Shown: positions 1-8,900 of the stretch, piece after piece
Layout of the letters: every line of letters begins with the position of its first letter
Position numbering within the stretch: the first letter of the stretch is position 1
NCBI GenBank assembly: GCA_048886185.1
Contig: JBHLKY010000017.1
Coordinates: 30,001 to 62,000, forward strand
Source of the DNA: Candidatus Hermodarchaeota archaeon
GTDB lineage: Archaea > Asgardarchaeota > Heimdallarchaeia > Hodarchaeales > Hodarchaeaceae
Direction of reading: 5' to 3'
DNA: 32,000 nucleotides
The notes under the pieces: model-generated
Told to the model about the DNA's origin: nothing
Seen by the model: the letters and a program-made list of their open reading frames with translations, nothing else
Databases searched by the model: none
Translations under genes and position numbers: made by a program

Positions 1-48
1 CTCACATCCGATACATTTTTCAATGAATATTTGTGCTGTCAATTTCAC
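1..48 (-). CDS. HgcB-like 4Fe-4S ferredoxin, 5' fragment (runs off the left edge; not in ORF track)
   Basis: Reverse complement of 48..1 reads GTG AAA TTG ACA GCA CAA ATA TTC ATT GAA AAA TGT ATC GGA TGT GAG = (M)KLTAQIFIEKCIGCE. EKCIGC is the start of a CxxCxxCxxxC ferredoxin motif. It starts 12 nt after the stop of the hgcA-like gene, with GAGGA at 55..51; the alternative start is TTG at 42. Confidence 0.75.
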   Translation of the reverse strand, partial: MKLTAQIFIEKCIGCE

Positions 49-60
49 TTTCCTCTAAAA

Positions 61-1722
61 TTATAATAACATGTTAATTGCCGAACTCACCACTGGCAGT
101 AGTAAGGCAATCACCGCAAGAACTAACGCAGGGATTGAGAACAATACGAGGTCACTTTCCACATCAAGATGATTGGTGAATGGAGTACTACCTGCAAAAT
201 CCAAAACGACAAACATACTTACAAGTAATACCAAAGCTATCCAAAAAAGAACTGTACCAATATTATTTCCTTGATTAATGACATAGATAAAAACCAAAAC
301 TGCGTTTATTCCGCCTAAAAGAATTCCTTTCTTGAAAAACGACCTTACTGGATTCAAAATAGGATAAATCCATGCAAATAACATAGATACAGTACAACCG
401 ATAATTGTCATCTGGATCATAACATTAAACCAAAATAAAGCACCAATAATTCTTAAATATCCCAGGAAACCTGTTAAGAAGCATAAAGGAAGAAAAACGA
501 CGATTAGTATGAAAAAAGTATGTTGTATCCCCATTAAGGTCCTATAGGAAAAATCAAACTTCACTTTTCCTTGATTTTGTGTTTTATTACCGTCCCTGAT
601 AAAATCATCTATAGAATCAATATAAACTGGACCGAATTTCGGTTTCCATCCAAAATCTTTGAGTTTCTGGTGATCAACACCTGTTGCAGAGAGTTGGGGG
701 AGTATCAAATTTCTATGATTTACTACTAACTCTGCATTAAACAGACGTAATGCATCAATAACTTGAGAATGGCTAAAATGTCCACCCCCAGCAGCACACC
801 AGACATTAATGCCTGCAGAATCAATAACTAACAAGTAACAATCAATTTTTTGCTTGATTAGAGAGGAATAAACAGAATGGAGCGTCCAATAATAATTACC
901 AGTAACAAGAAAAGGTGATGTTTGTTTGGGTGTTCCTACTTTATAAAGTCCAGGTGGGACTTGTTTGCGTGTTAACAATCCATTTAAAATACACCAAGCA
1001 ACCTTTATTCGACTAACTCGGCCCAGAACAGAGTTTATTGGAGTAAAACTCACCCTCTTGGAATCAAGAGTCTCTTTCAATCTACATTGATAAAATTGGA
1101 CTGATTTCTTTAAACCCTTGTACAAGAGTTCGCATGAATAATAATCACTTAAAAGAACCTCAAAATTTCTGATTGGGGTTGTTGTTGCACTACTTCTTAA
1201 TAACATTATCTGGGAATTAATGGCCTGTTTCATTGAATATACAAATCGCTTAAATAATGAAGTGGGGATGGTTTCAGCTGCGATAAGCAAGCTTCCTGTT
1301 GTTTTTAGCAACTGACTGGTCTGTTTTATGAATAGTTCTTGTTGAAGGGGACTAAATTCCGAAAGAACAAATGTTGAAACTATAAAGTCAAACGGTCCTA
1401 GATTTTTCAGGTTATCAAATATTTGAAAATCGATAAAACTTCCTTGTATGAAATTAATGCTAACTTGTTCCTTTTCAGCAGATTTACGAGCATGATTAAT
1501 CATTTCTACTGAAATGTCCACAGCTACTACATCAAGGTCTTGTTCTGCTAATTGGATGGCTAGCTGGCCTGTGCCACACCCAATCTCTAAAATTCGGCCA
1601 ACCTTCCCGACTTTTTTTCTGATTATTTCATAAATCGAAGATGATTCAGGAAAAAGCTTATGAAACTCCTCATCATATTTATCAGGTTCCTTTTCTAGGA
1701 TTTTCATGTAAATAAGACTCAT
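61..1722 (-). CDS. Fusion: class I SAM-dependent methyltransferase + HgcA-like (CdhD/AcsD-related) corrinoid domain + HgcA-type transmembrane domain
   Basis: N-terminal ~215 aa: motif I RILEIGCGTG, motif II VVAVDIS, FDFIVSTFVLSE. Middle: VPPGLYKVG-P---SPFLVTGNY, YLLVIDSAGINVWCAAGGGHF, LILPQLSATGV, FGPV, all hallmarks of the HgcA corrinoid domain. C-terminal ~165 aa: several hydrophobic helices with DFAGSTPFTNHLDV, matching the HgcA NFTGS(T/S)xxTSxSGV motif. The symbol is withheld because the canonical GK of the cap helix is GG. Confidence 0.9.
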   Translation of the reverse strand: MSLIYMKILEKEPDKYDEEFHKLFPESSSIYEIIRKKVGKVGRILEIGCGTGQLAIQLAEQDLDVVAVDISVEMINHARKSAEKEQVSINFIQGSFIDFQIFDNLKNLGPFDFIVSTFVLSEFSPLQQELFIKQTSQLLKTTGSLLIAAETIPTSLFKRFVYSMKQAINSQIMLLRSSATTTPIRNFEVLLSDYYSCELLYKGLKKSVQFYQCRLKETLDSKRVSFTPINSVLGRVSRIKVAWCILNGLLTRKQVPPGLYKVGTPKQTSPFLVTGNYYWTLHSVYSSLIKQKIDCYLLVIDSAGINVWCAAGGGHFSHSQVIDALRLFNAELVVNHRNLILPQLSATGVDHQKLKDFGWKPKFGPVYIDSIDDFIRDGNKTQNQGKVKFDFSYRTLMGIQHTFFILIVVFLPLCFLTGFLGYLRIIGALFWFNVMIQMTIIGCTVSMLFAWIYPILNPVRSFFKKGILLGGINAVLVFIYVINQGNNIGTVLFWIALVLLVSMFVVLDFAGSTPFTNHLDVESDLVLFSIPALVLAVIALLLPVVSSAINMLL

Positions 1723-1761
1723 TGTTGATCAAAACCCGTAATAGGGAAATTTAGTTTCATC

Positions 1762-1768
1762 TTATATA
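1762..1768 (-). promoter_or_regulatory. Candidate TATA box for the methyltransferase-hgcA-like gene
   Basis: Minus strand reads ...CCAGAGATATATAAG...: TATATAA about 40 nt upstream of the ATG at 1722, preceded by a purine-rich BRE-like stretch. Positional inference only. Confidence 0.35.
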
Positions 1769-1859
1769 TCTCTGGATTGTGGTGCAGCACAATATTTCCG
1801 AACATTGATATGAGATAATGGATTCAATACATTTGATTAACTTTTGGAGTTAACAGCGA

Positions 1860-2846
1860 ATGAAGGTGAAGTGTCAAGCCTACTGCAGCAAATGTTACCA
1901 TGAAAAAGGGAGGACACAAGAATATGATCCCAACGATTTAATCTGGTTCTGTTCGAGTTGTAAGAAGAATTTTTTATGTGAGATTGGTGTTACAAAAGGT
2001 TTTCAGGCAGGTACCACAGTCTACTCGTGCACAATTTGCAGTAGACCCTTAATTAAAGAAGAAGTTGATAAATCTATAATAACAAAAAAATCTGTTCCTA
2101 GCCAACAAAAAAAGACGAGGGATCTATATCAAAAGCTTTTGGTATCAGAAAATAAGTTCAAAACAAGGAAATGGTGGCAGAAGTCTAATACTCAAATAAT
2201 TCCTTTACCTCGTTTAGAACAGTCACAAATCAGTGAATTATGTGATATTGATGGGTTAACAGTCCCTCTTCTAATAGAATTCGCGCATGAATTCCATATC
2301 AAGAATTTTAAAGCTTATGATAAAATTAAGACAGTTCAAGAGCTTCTATCTAGGTTGGCAAAAGAGGATCAGACAATTACTTCAACCTTATACTCAGCTT
2401 TAGTTCAAAGAGACTCGATACCACTTGCTTTTAAATTACGATTTGCAGTTTTTTGTAACTCTCAATTCAAGGAAAAAAGACGAATAATTTTACCTCATAA
2501 TTCAATTGATTATGAAGGATATGATATGAAACTAGTTGAACCTTCAATGAAGGAAACATGGATATTTTGCTTGGAAGAGGACATAGATATAGACAATTTG
2601 GAGAGATTAGCAAAAAGAGTTTTTAATGTTGATTTTAAGAATTTTCCAAAGCTAAAAGAGATTTTTCTTGTTGCAAAATCATTTTCTTATCTTGCAAAGG
2701 GATTGTTAGCTAAATATCAATCTGTTTTCACAGGTGTTGACACTCCTCCTGATGAAAGCACTACTGGATTGTGGCGATCAATTCCTCTCTCATTATGGCA
2801 ACCTAAACATTGTAAGAACGATTTTGAAAATGTTTCACTTAAATGA
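1860..2846 (+). CDS. Hypothetical protein with N-terminal Cys-rich Zn-binding domain
   Basis: 8 Cys + 1 His in the first 60 aa (C5, C9xxC12, H14, C31xxC34, C40, C57xxC60). The remainder is soluble alpha/beta and not confidently assigned. Confidence 0.7.
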   Translation: MKVKCQAYCSKCYHEKGRTQEYDPNDLIWFCSSCKKNFLCEIGVTKGFQAGTTVYSCTICSRPLIKEEVDKSIITKKSVPSQQKKTRDLYQKLLVSENKFKTRKWWQKSNTQIIPLPRLEQSQISELCDIDGLTVPLLIEFAHEFHIKNFKAYDKIKTVQELLSRLAKEDQTITSTLYSALVQRDSIPLAFKLRFAVFCNSQFKEKRRIILPHNSIDYEGYDMKLVEPSMKETWIFCLEEDIDIDNLERLAKRVFNVDFKNFPKLKEIFLVAKSFSYLAKGLLAKYQSVFTGVDTPPDESTTGLWRSIPLSLWQPKHCKNDFENVSLK

Positions 2847-2905
2847 ACACTTATAGAAGAAACTTTTGTATCCCCATTTAACGATGTGATATCTATTTGT
2901 GAGGT

Positions 2906-3439
2906 TTGATGTTCTTGAAACCCGAAGAGAATAAATCATTTCTAGATAAACTTCGAAATTTCATGTATTTGCCCGAAATATTTGCCATCATTCTACCCCA
3001 AGCTGGTTTAATTATTTTTTTCCTTGTCTATTCAAATTCAGAAATAAATACTGTACCTGAACTAAACCTTATGATCTATTCATTTTGGATTTACCTTGCT
3101 ATCCCTGGACTTATCAGTGGTATATTAACACGAAATTCTAATAATGGATTTGAAATTACCTTTCTTAGTGGAATAATTGTATTTCCGATTTTAGCTAATA
3201 GTAGTTATATACTAGGATTTATCCTCAAAGGATCAGAGTTATCCCTATGGACATTTATAATAATAATAATATTTGGAATAATAATCGGAATTTTTACAGG
3301 TTGTTTTGGCTATATAGGAGGATGGATTGGCAGTAGAGTCTTTTCTTATTCATATCCCAAAGAAAAACGCCCCCCTTTCGAAATAATAAAGCAAACTGTT
3401 CAAAAAATTATCTTTAGAATTAAAAATTTTGAGTCTTAG
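2906..3439 (+). CDS. Small integral membrane protein, hypothetical (likely ATG start at 2909)
   Basis: 4-5 hydrophobic segments with Gly-rich helices (GLISGILT, GIIIGIFTGCFGYIGGWIG). GTGAGG RBS upstream. Confidence 0.7.
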   Translation: MMFLKPEENKSFLDKLRNFMYLPEIFAIILPQAGLIIFFLVYSNSEINTVPELNLMIYSFWIYLAIPGLISGILTRNSNNGFEITFLSGIIVFPILANSSYILGFILKGSELSLWTFIIIIIFGIIIGIFTGCFGYIGGWIGSRVFSYSYPKEKRPPFEIIKQTVQKIIFRIKNFES

Positions 3440-4440
3440 TTTTGATTGAGATGAATGATGACTTCTGCTTCAATAAATGAGGCTGTGAGACCATAAAATC
3501 GGTTTTGAGCATCTCTAAGAGTATCCAAACAGGATATCTCCCATAGATGTTCTATTTCATTAAACGTAACGTTCCAAGCAATACGAGTATCAGAACCAAG
3601 TTGGAACTTGAATTTTTGATAATCTAAAGTTCGTTTTGCTTCTTCAATAACAGATTCAATGGCAGAAAAATCCCAATCCGACTGATTATAGGTTAGAGAA
3701 GTATAATTGTATGTTTTCACGGGAGTTTGAGATAATTGATTTACATAGGAAATTGAGATAGCTTTGTCCTTTTCCTTTATTGTCCAACGAAATATTGGAA
3801 TGATATCAGGGGAGGTGGAAGTGGGGGAGTGAATGACAATTGTTACGACTTCAAAAGATCCATAAATACCCAAGAGAAAAATGAAGAGGATACTGATAGA
3901 GGTAGCGACCCTTTTAAACTGGATAGATGAATATTTTTCTGGATCTGTAATCTTTCTATAAAGAAAGCGGAGAACAAGTATAGAGGAAAGTATTGTAATC
4001 ACGGGATCGAAAACAGAGATAGTACTACTGGTAATTCGCTGATCAACGAGAGGATAAAACAGTGGTAAACCCCCTTGAGTAATAATATCCATAAAAAGAT
4101 GCAAACAGAAACCAAGCATACCCCAAACAACTGTTTTAAAACTCAATTTTGTATGTAGCCCATGAAAGGGTACCTGTAACCGTTTAATGAATATTGTTTT
4201 TTCAAAATGTTTTGTTGAAAGAATTACTGCCATCACCATAAATGGGGCAATAAACACTGTATGAAATAAGCCTCGATGTTGAAGGATGAATAATTGTGGA
4301 ATGAGTGCTGGTAGCCATGTAAAAAATACATCAAAGTCAGGGGTTAATCCCCCAAGTAGGAAAGCACGGGAAGAATCTTCATCCTGACGAATCTGATTAG
4401 CAAGGGCAACACTAACAATGATATGGGTGAAGAAATCCAT
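3436..4440 (-). CDS. Membrane-bound metal-dependent hydrolase (YdjM/YbcI-like)
   Basis: Family motifs MDxxTH, GGLTPDFD, HRGLFHT, HLFMDII, GxPLFYP in a hydrophobic N-terminal half. Confidence 0.85.
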   Translation of the reverse strand: MDFFTHIIVSVALANQIRQDEDSSRAFLLGGLTPDFDVFFTWLPALIPQLFILQHRGLFHTVFIAPFMVMAVILSTKHFEKTIFIKRLQVPFHGLHTKLSFKTVVWGMLGFCLHLFMDIITQGGLPLFYPLVDQRITSSTISVFDPVITILSSILVLRFLYRKITDPEKYSSIQFKRVATSISILFIFLLGIYGSFEVVTIVIHSPTSTSPDIIPIFRWTIKEKDKAISISYVNQLSQTPVKTYNYTSLTYNQSDWDFSAIESVIEEAKRTLDYQKFKFQLGSDTRIAWNVTFNEIEHLWEISCLDTLRDAQNRFYGLTASFIEAEVIIHLNQN

Positions 4441-4802
4441 AGTAAAGAAGTTTTAACGTCTTATCTTAAACTTATCACATTACACTTCAAATACTGAAAT
4501 TCGTAATAATTGGAGTTTTTTTTGAGGGGGTGAAATGTATAATTGAGGAAAGCAGTTTGAAGTGAAATTGTTCAGATCTGTAAGAATAATATTTTTGTTT
4601 TAGCAAAACAGATTATCCAAATGTATTACTAATTCCGTAATAAGAATACTTTTTAAGATCAAATAGAGTAACACCTACTGCTATTAACTTGCTTAAAATA
4701 TCTCAAAGTGATCATTGAAACTAAATCATGGCTTTTATTTGGAGGAAGGGATTAATTACGCTAGCCGATATAGTAACCTATATATGGAGTTATATATTTA
4801 GC

Positions 4803-4926
4803 TATAGATAGAGATGATTGAAATTATAGAATGATCTCCTCCTCCAAAAATGGCAAACGGAATATAGATAGAGATGATTGTAGTTGTCGAATGATCTCCT
4901 CCTCCAAAAATGGCAAACGGAATATA
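4803..4926 (+). repeat. Tandem direct repeat, period exactly 60 bp, covering the padR RBS and first 14 codons
   Basis: 4803-4866 vs 4863-4926 are identical except 4 mismatches (4821, 4823, 4826, 4828). The identical block is GAATGATCTCCTCCTCCAAAAATGGCAAACGGAATATA (4829-4866 = 4889-4926). Confidence 0.95.
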
Positions 4927-5240
4927 AGAAGGGATTTTCAAAGCCTCTTATACTATTTACACTAGCTGAAATTGGGAGAAGTTATGCTTATCTTCTTACA
5001 AAGAAGATCTTGGAATTCACTAACGGAGAGATCTCTATTGCTGGATCTAATATCTATCCCATGCTTGCAAAACTTGAAGAGGATAAGTTAATCGTCAGTC
5101 AGCTTGATGAGAGCGAACGCAAGTTCTACAAGCTTACTGAAAGCGGAAAGGAATTTCTTAAGCAGTTAGAATTATCTTTGAAAGAATTCAATAAGATGAT
5201 GCTTGATTTGATTATTAAAAGTAAAGGAGATGGAAATTAA
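4884..5240 (+). CDS. padR: PadR-family winged-helix transcriptional regulator (TTG start)
   Basis: KGFSKPLILFTL, SYAYLL, GSNIYPMLAKLEEDKLI, RKFYKLTESGKEFL are typical PadR motifs. An in-frame TAG at 4881 makes TTG 4884 the earliest possible start. Confidence 0.9.
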   Translation: MSNDLLLQKWQTEYKKGFSKPLILFTLAEIGRSYAYLLTKKILEFTNGEISIAGSNIYPMLAKLEEDKLIVSQLDESERKFYKLTESGKEFLKQLELSLKEFNKMMLDLIIKSKGDGN

Positions 5241-5913
5241 AATGTCTGATAAACAAGCATCAGATCCTATTGATGGTTATGTGGCAGAAGTCAGTGGTTT
5301 CCTCCCCTATCCAGAAGTGAAAAAAGTTCCTGTTTTGGAGGAATTGAAAAAAGATGTACAGGACGCCATGGGATCTGAGAAACGTCCACCATCGTTTGTT
5401 TTTGGCTCTCCGACTGAAGTAGCAAAGAATCTAAGTATTGCTCATGATTGGGAGACTAAACCAGCTGGATGGGGAGTACGAGGTTTTGCTTCGTTCATCG
5501 ATTTTGCAGTAACAGGAGGTATCTTTGTTATTTTCGCTATTATCCAGCTTATCCTGTCAGATTTCCAAATCGATGAAATAGAATGGTATTCAATGCACAT
5601 TCCATTTGGTTTTCTTTTTCTGGGCATTCCACTAGTTGGATTTATGTTGAGCTATTTCATTGTATGTGAAAAAACCTACTCGACTACTCTTGGAAAATGG
5701 CTATTAGGACTAATAGTAGTTGATGAATCAGGAATTAAAATCACTTGGACTCAATCACTAATCCGTAACTTTACAAAAGTTCCATTCCTTACTTCTTTTT
5801 TACCATTTGATATCATATTCGGTATAATTTCAGAAAAAACAAGGGGAAGAAAACAAAGGGTGTTAGATTTTGTGGCAGGAACCAAAGTCATGCAAAAAAT
5901 AAATAATGATTAA
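5230..5913 (+). CDS. HAAS-like helical domain fused to RDD-family membrane domain
   Basis: N-terminus YVAEV...VLEELKKDV...FGSPTEVAKNL (HAAS/DUF1700-like). Then AGWGVRGFASFID, TLGKWLLGLIVV, SLIRN, RVLDFVAGTKV (RDD). Overlaps the padR stop. Confidence 0.8.
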   Translation: MEIKMSDKQASDPIDGYVAEVSGFLPYPEVKKVPVLEELKKDVQDAMGSEKRPPSFVFGSPTEVAKNLSIAHDWETKPAGWGVRGFASFIDFAVTGGIFVIFAIIQLILSDFQIDEIEWYSMHIPFGFLFLGIPLVGFMLSYFIVCEKTYSTTLGKWLLGLIVVDESGIKITWTQSLIRNFTKVPFLTSFLPFDIIFGIISEKTRGRKQRVLDFVAGTKVMQKINND

Positions 5914-5925
5914 TAAGGTGTTTTT

Positions 5926-8900
5926 ATGGGATTAAAAGCTAGTCTAAAGATTGCAAAGCGAGCATTGATTCGTAGAAAGACAAAAAACCTAAGTGCGATT
6001 CTTGCGATAACGTTAGGGGTTACTCTAATGGTAGGAATCCAAATTACAACGGATACATTAGAAAAATCGTTTCTCACAAGTCTTCTTGTGAGAGAAGGGG
6101 AAATTGATCTTCGGGTAACAAATGCCACAGGAAGTTATTTAGCTGCTGCAGATGAGGAAAACATTTCTGCTTTAGTAGAAGATGAGCTTGGAATTATGGC
6201 CGAGCTAAAAACACGAACACCTGTAATACTTGGTTCTCAGTTTGAACCTTCAGCTGAACTGGCAGGAATCCCTATCGATTATCCTGAAGCATTTGGTACT
6301 TTTTATGACTGGAAATCAGGAGAAGAATTAGAAATAGAAGATTATCTAATTGATAATACAAGTGTTTTGCTGTCAAGTAAACTAGCAAAGAATCTGGGGG
6401 TAAACAAAGACAATTATTCTTTACCTTTATCCCTAACAACAGAATTTACCAATATTACTCTTCTTCTATATCTCAATGCAAGCTTTCAACCCGTTATAGA
6501 GACAAATATTGTTAATGAAAGATTAAACCTGACTATCACTAATATTTTTGATTCCAATCGTCCTGGAATAGGCGCGCAGTATCGAGGTATTTTATTTAGC
6601 TTGCACCATTTACAGGAATGGATTAGTTTACAAGCATCTCCTCTACTTATTGATCAAATACTCTATCGAAAATACAATCGCACGACTGATTTTATTGGTT
6701 CCTATGTCATTACACTTCAAACTGATCATTTTAGTAATCCAATTGATAGGGATTACCTAGAAGATCATTTTAATGCTCTAGAAGAAGCAGTTCCTGAAAT
6801 ATTAATAGATGATGAACTGGTAAAAATCTATGCTATAGAATCCGCCCGCCTACAATATATTGTACTTATCGATCTTATCTTTAATATGATGTCAGCCTTT
6901 CTAAACGTACTAGGACTTCTTATCATAATAACAGGTGTTCTTTTGATAACAAATGTGCAATTAATGTCTGTGGAAGATCGAGAGTTCCAAACAGGAGTAA
7001 TGAGAGCAGTTGGAGCGAAAAGGCAAGGTATTTTTACTTCTATGTTGTTTGAAACGATATTTCAAGGAGTTTTTGGAGGAATTTTTGGTTTAATTGGTGG
7101 ATTGATCTTTGGGCAATTAGTGGCTTTATACTTAGTAAGTCTTTTTGGTACGGGAAGTGCTAGTGTGCAGCCCGTCGTGAAAGAGAGTGTTGTGATACTT
7201 TCTGTTATTATAGGTGTTACTTTGGGTATAATTACAGGTTTACTTCCAGCCCTACGAGCTTCACGTGTAAATATTGTGGAAGCATTAAGAGGGATAAAGA
7301 TAGTTTTACAAGAGAAATCTAGTCGTAACTTGGCTATACTAGGTGTTATTCTAAGTCTTGCTGGATGTATCTTTCTCTTAAATAATGGTTTCTTTAATGA
7401 TGATCTACAGTATATCTGGAAAACAACTGGTTGGGATAGCATTAAAGAATGGGAAAACATTCTTCTTGGGGCTGGATTCCTATTTTCTGGTCTTGGAATT
7501 ATTTTATCTCGATATATAAGTCGTTCTAAAGCTTTCAACTTAAGTGCCATCATTCTTTGGGCAACACCAGTTTTTATGTTTGTTGTCGCAATGGGTGAGG
7601 GTTGGATTTCTGACATGTCAGGAGAGGCACTAGACATTCTTATTATCAGCATTGTTGAAATAGTGATCGGATCTGTGTTAATTGTTGGAATGAACCTAGC
7701 ACCCTTAATGCGTTTTCTTAGAGGTAGCCTGATTAAAATCAGTGGACTGAAAGGAGTTGCACAGGTCGCCCCTGCCCTTATCTCATCCCACAAAACACGT
7801 TCGACACTTACTTTTGCTATCTTCGCAGTGGTCTTAACGCTGAATGTAACTGTTGCTTCTTTGGTAGCTACTAATATTGACAGCACTATAGGCCAAGCTG
7901 AAGAAGATTCCCGTGGGATTGATTTATTCGTTACTCTAGAACCTAGACCTGAGCCAATTTTAGAAAATACATCATACACAAAGGAATTATATTCATTAGA
8001 TCCTAGCATAACTGATGTTATTGGCGTTAAAACATTCACACCTTCTATATTTGACGAATCGAAAAATGTTAGATTGGAAGATCCAACGAATAATACTCTA
8101 GCTGATAAAGTCCCTATCGGATATGTTGAACTACGACCTGATCAAATTCGGGGAGATGCCTTGGATGCCTCTCATGATAATTGGCGATATGACTTTTATC
8201 TTAGTGCTTTTCCTGATGATATTCGGCCACCAGGGATGATATCATCAGGTATGGGTTTTTCAGGCTTGGATATGAGTGATGAAGAGCTATTGAACCTTTC
8301 TAAGAATGCTTGGGATGCTTTCTTTAATCCGTCCTATAGGATGACGGCCTATAATATTAGCTTCAATTTGGAGAGTTTATCTAATCTAGATATTAGTGAA
8401 TTGTCTGAACTTTTCTCGCAAGATCTAGATGAAGTGGAAAAACTAGTGGATGAAAATGGAGCTCTCATTAAAAACCCCATAGTATTCACAGATTCATTCA
8501 TCCTACCACTTGGTATGCAAATTTGGGTTCCAATGAATAATTCGAATGGAATAGTATATCAACCATTTACTATCGGTGGTAGATTTGATAGTGAGCGCGC
8601 AGGAGGTTTTCCTCTATCTGTTTCTGGTTTTGCTGGCGGAGGATTTACAGGTGGGGATTTTAGAAATACTTTAGGAAATATTTATCTTCCCGAGCATTAT
8701 GCTAAGCTTACTAGTTTTCTGGGAGAAGCAGACGGCGTAACACCAACATCAAGGTCTCCTAATCAGTTCGATAAATATCTTATAAAAACAAGTTATGCTA
8801 TTGATGATCCAGTAGTTGAAGATCTCGCTAGGAGCATCGAAGAATTTACTAACACCAAAGATAAAGGATATCGGCAGATAATTGGGGACAACTTCATAAT

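Noticed and set aside
61-1722. Calling the gene canonical hgcA (proven mercury methylase) or arsM
   Set aside because: The cap helix lacks the diagnostic Lys, there is an extra MTase domain, and the hgcB-like tail is outside the window. The MTase domain does not show the conserved Cys set of ArsM.
4441-4760. Long intergenic region with short hairpins (TGTTTT-AGC-AAAACA; TATTAC-N7-GTAATA) and an RBS-ATG-TAT-AAT-TGA micro-ORF
   Set aside because: 6-bp AT-rich stems are expected by chance; I could not support any ncRNA or pseudogene.
4803-4926. CRISPR-like repeat-spacer
   Set aside because: Only two copies, directly tandem, made of padR coding sequence; no unique spacers and no cas genes.
7062-8039. 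325-aa minus-strand ORF, plus shorter antisense ORFs at 5442, 5910, 8979, 9482 and 9836
   Set aside because: They lie entirely antisense to well-supported RDD/ABC genes and have the Pro/Ile/Thr/Lys-rich composition typical of shadows of hydrophobic genes; no motifs.
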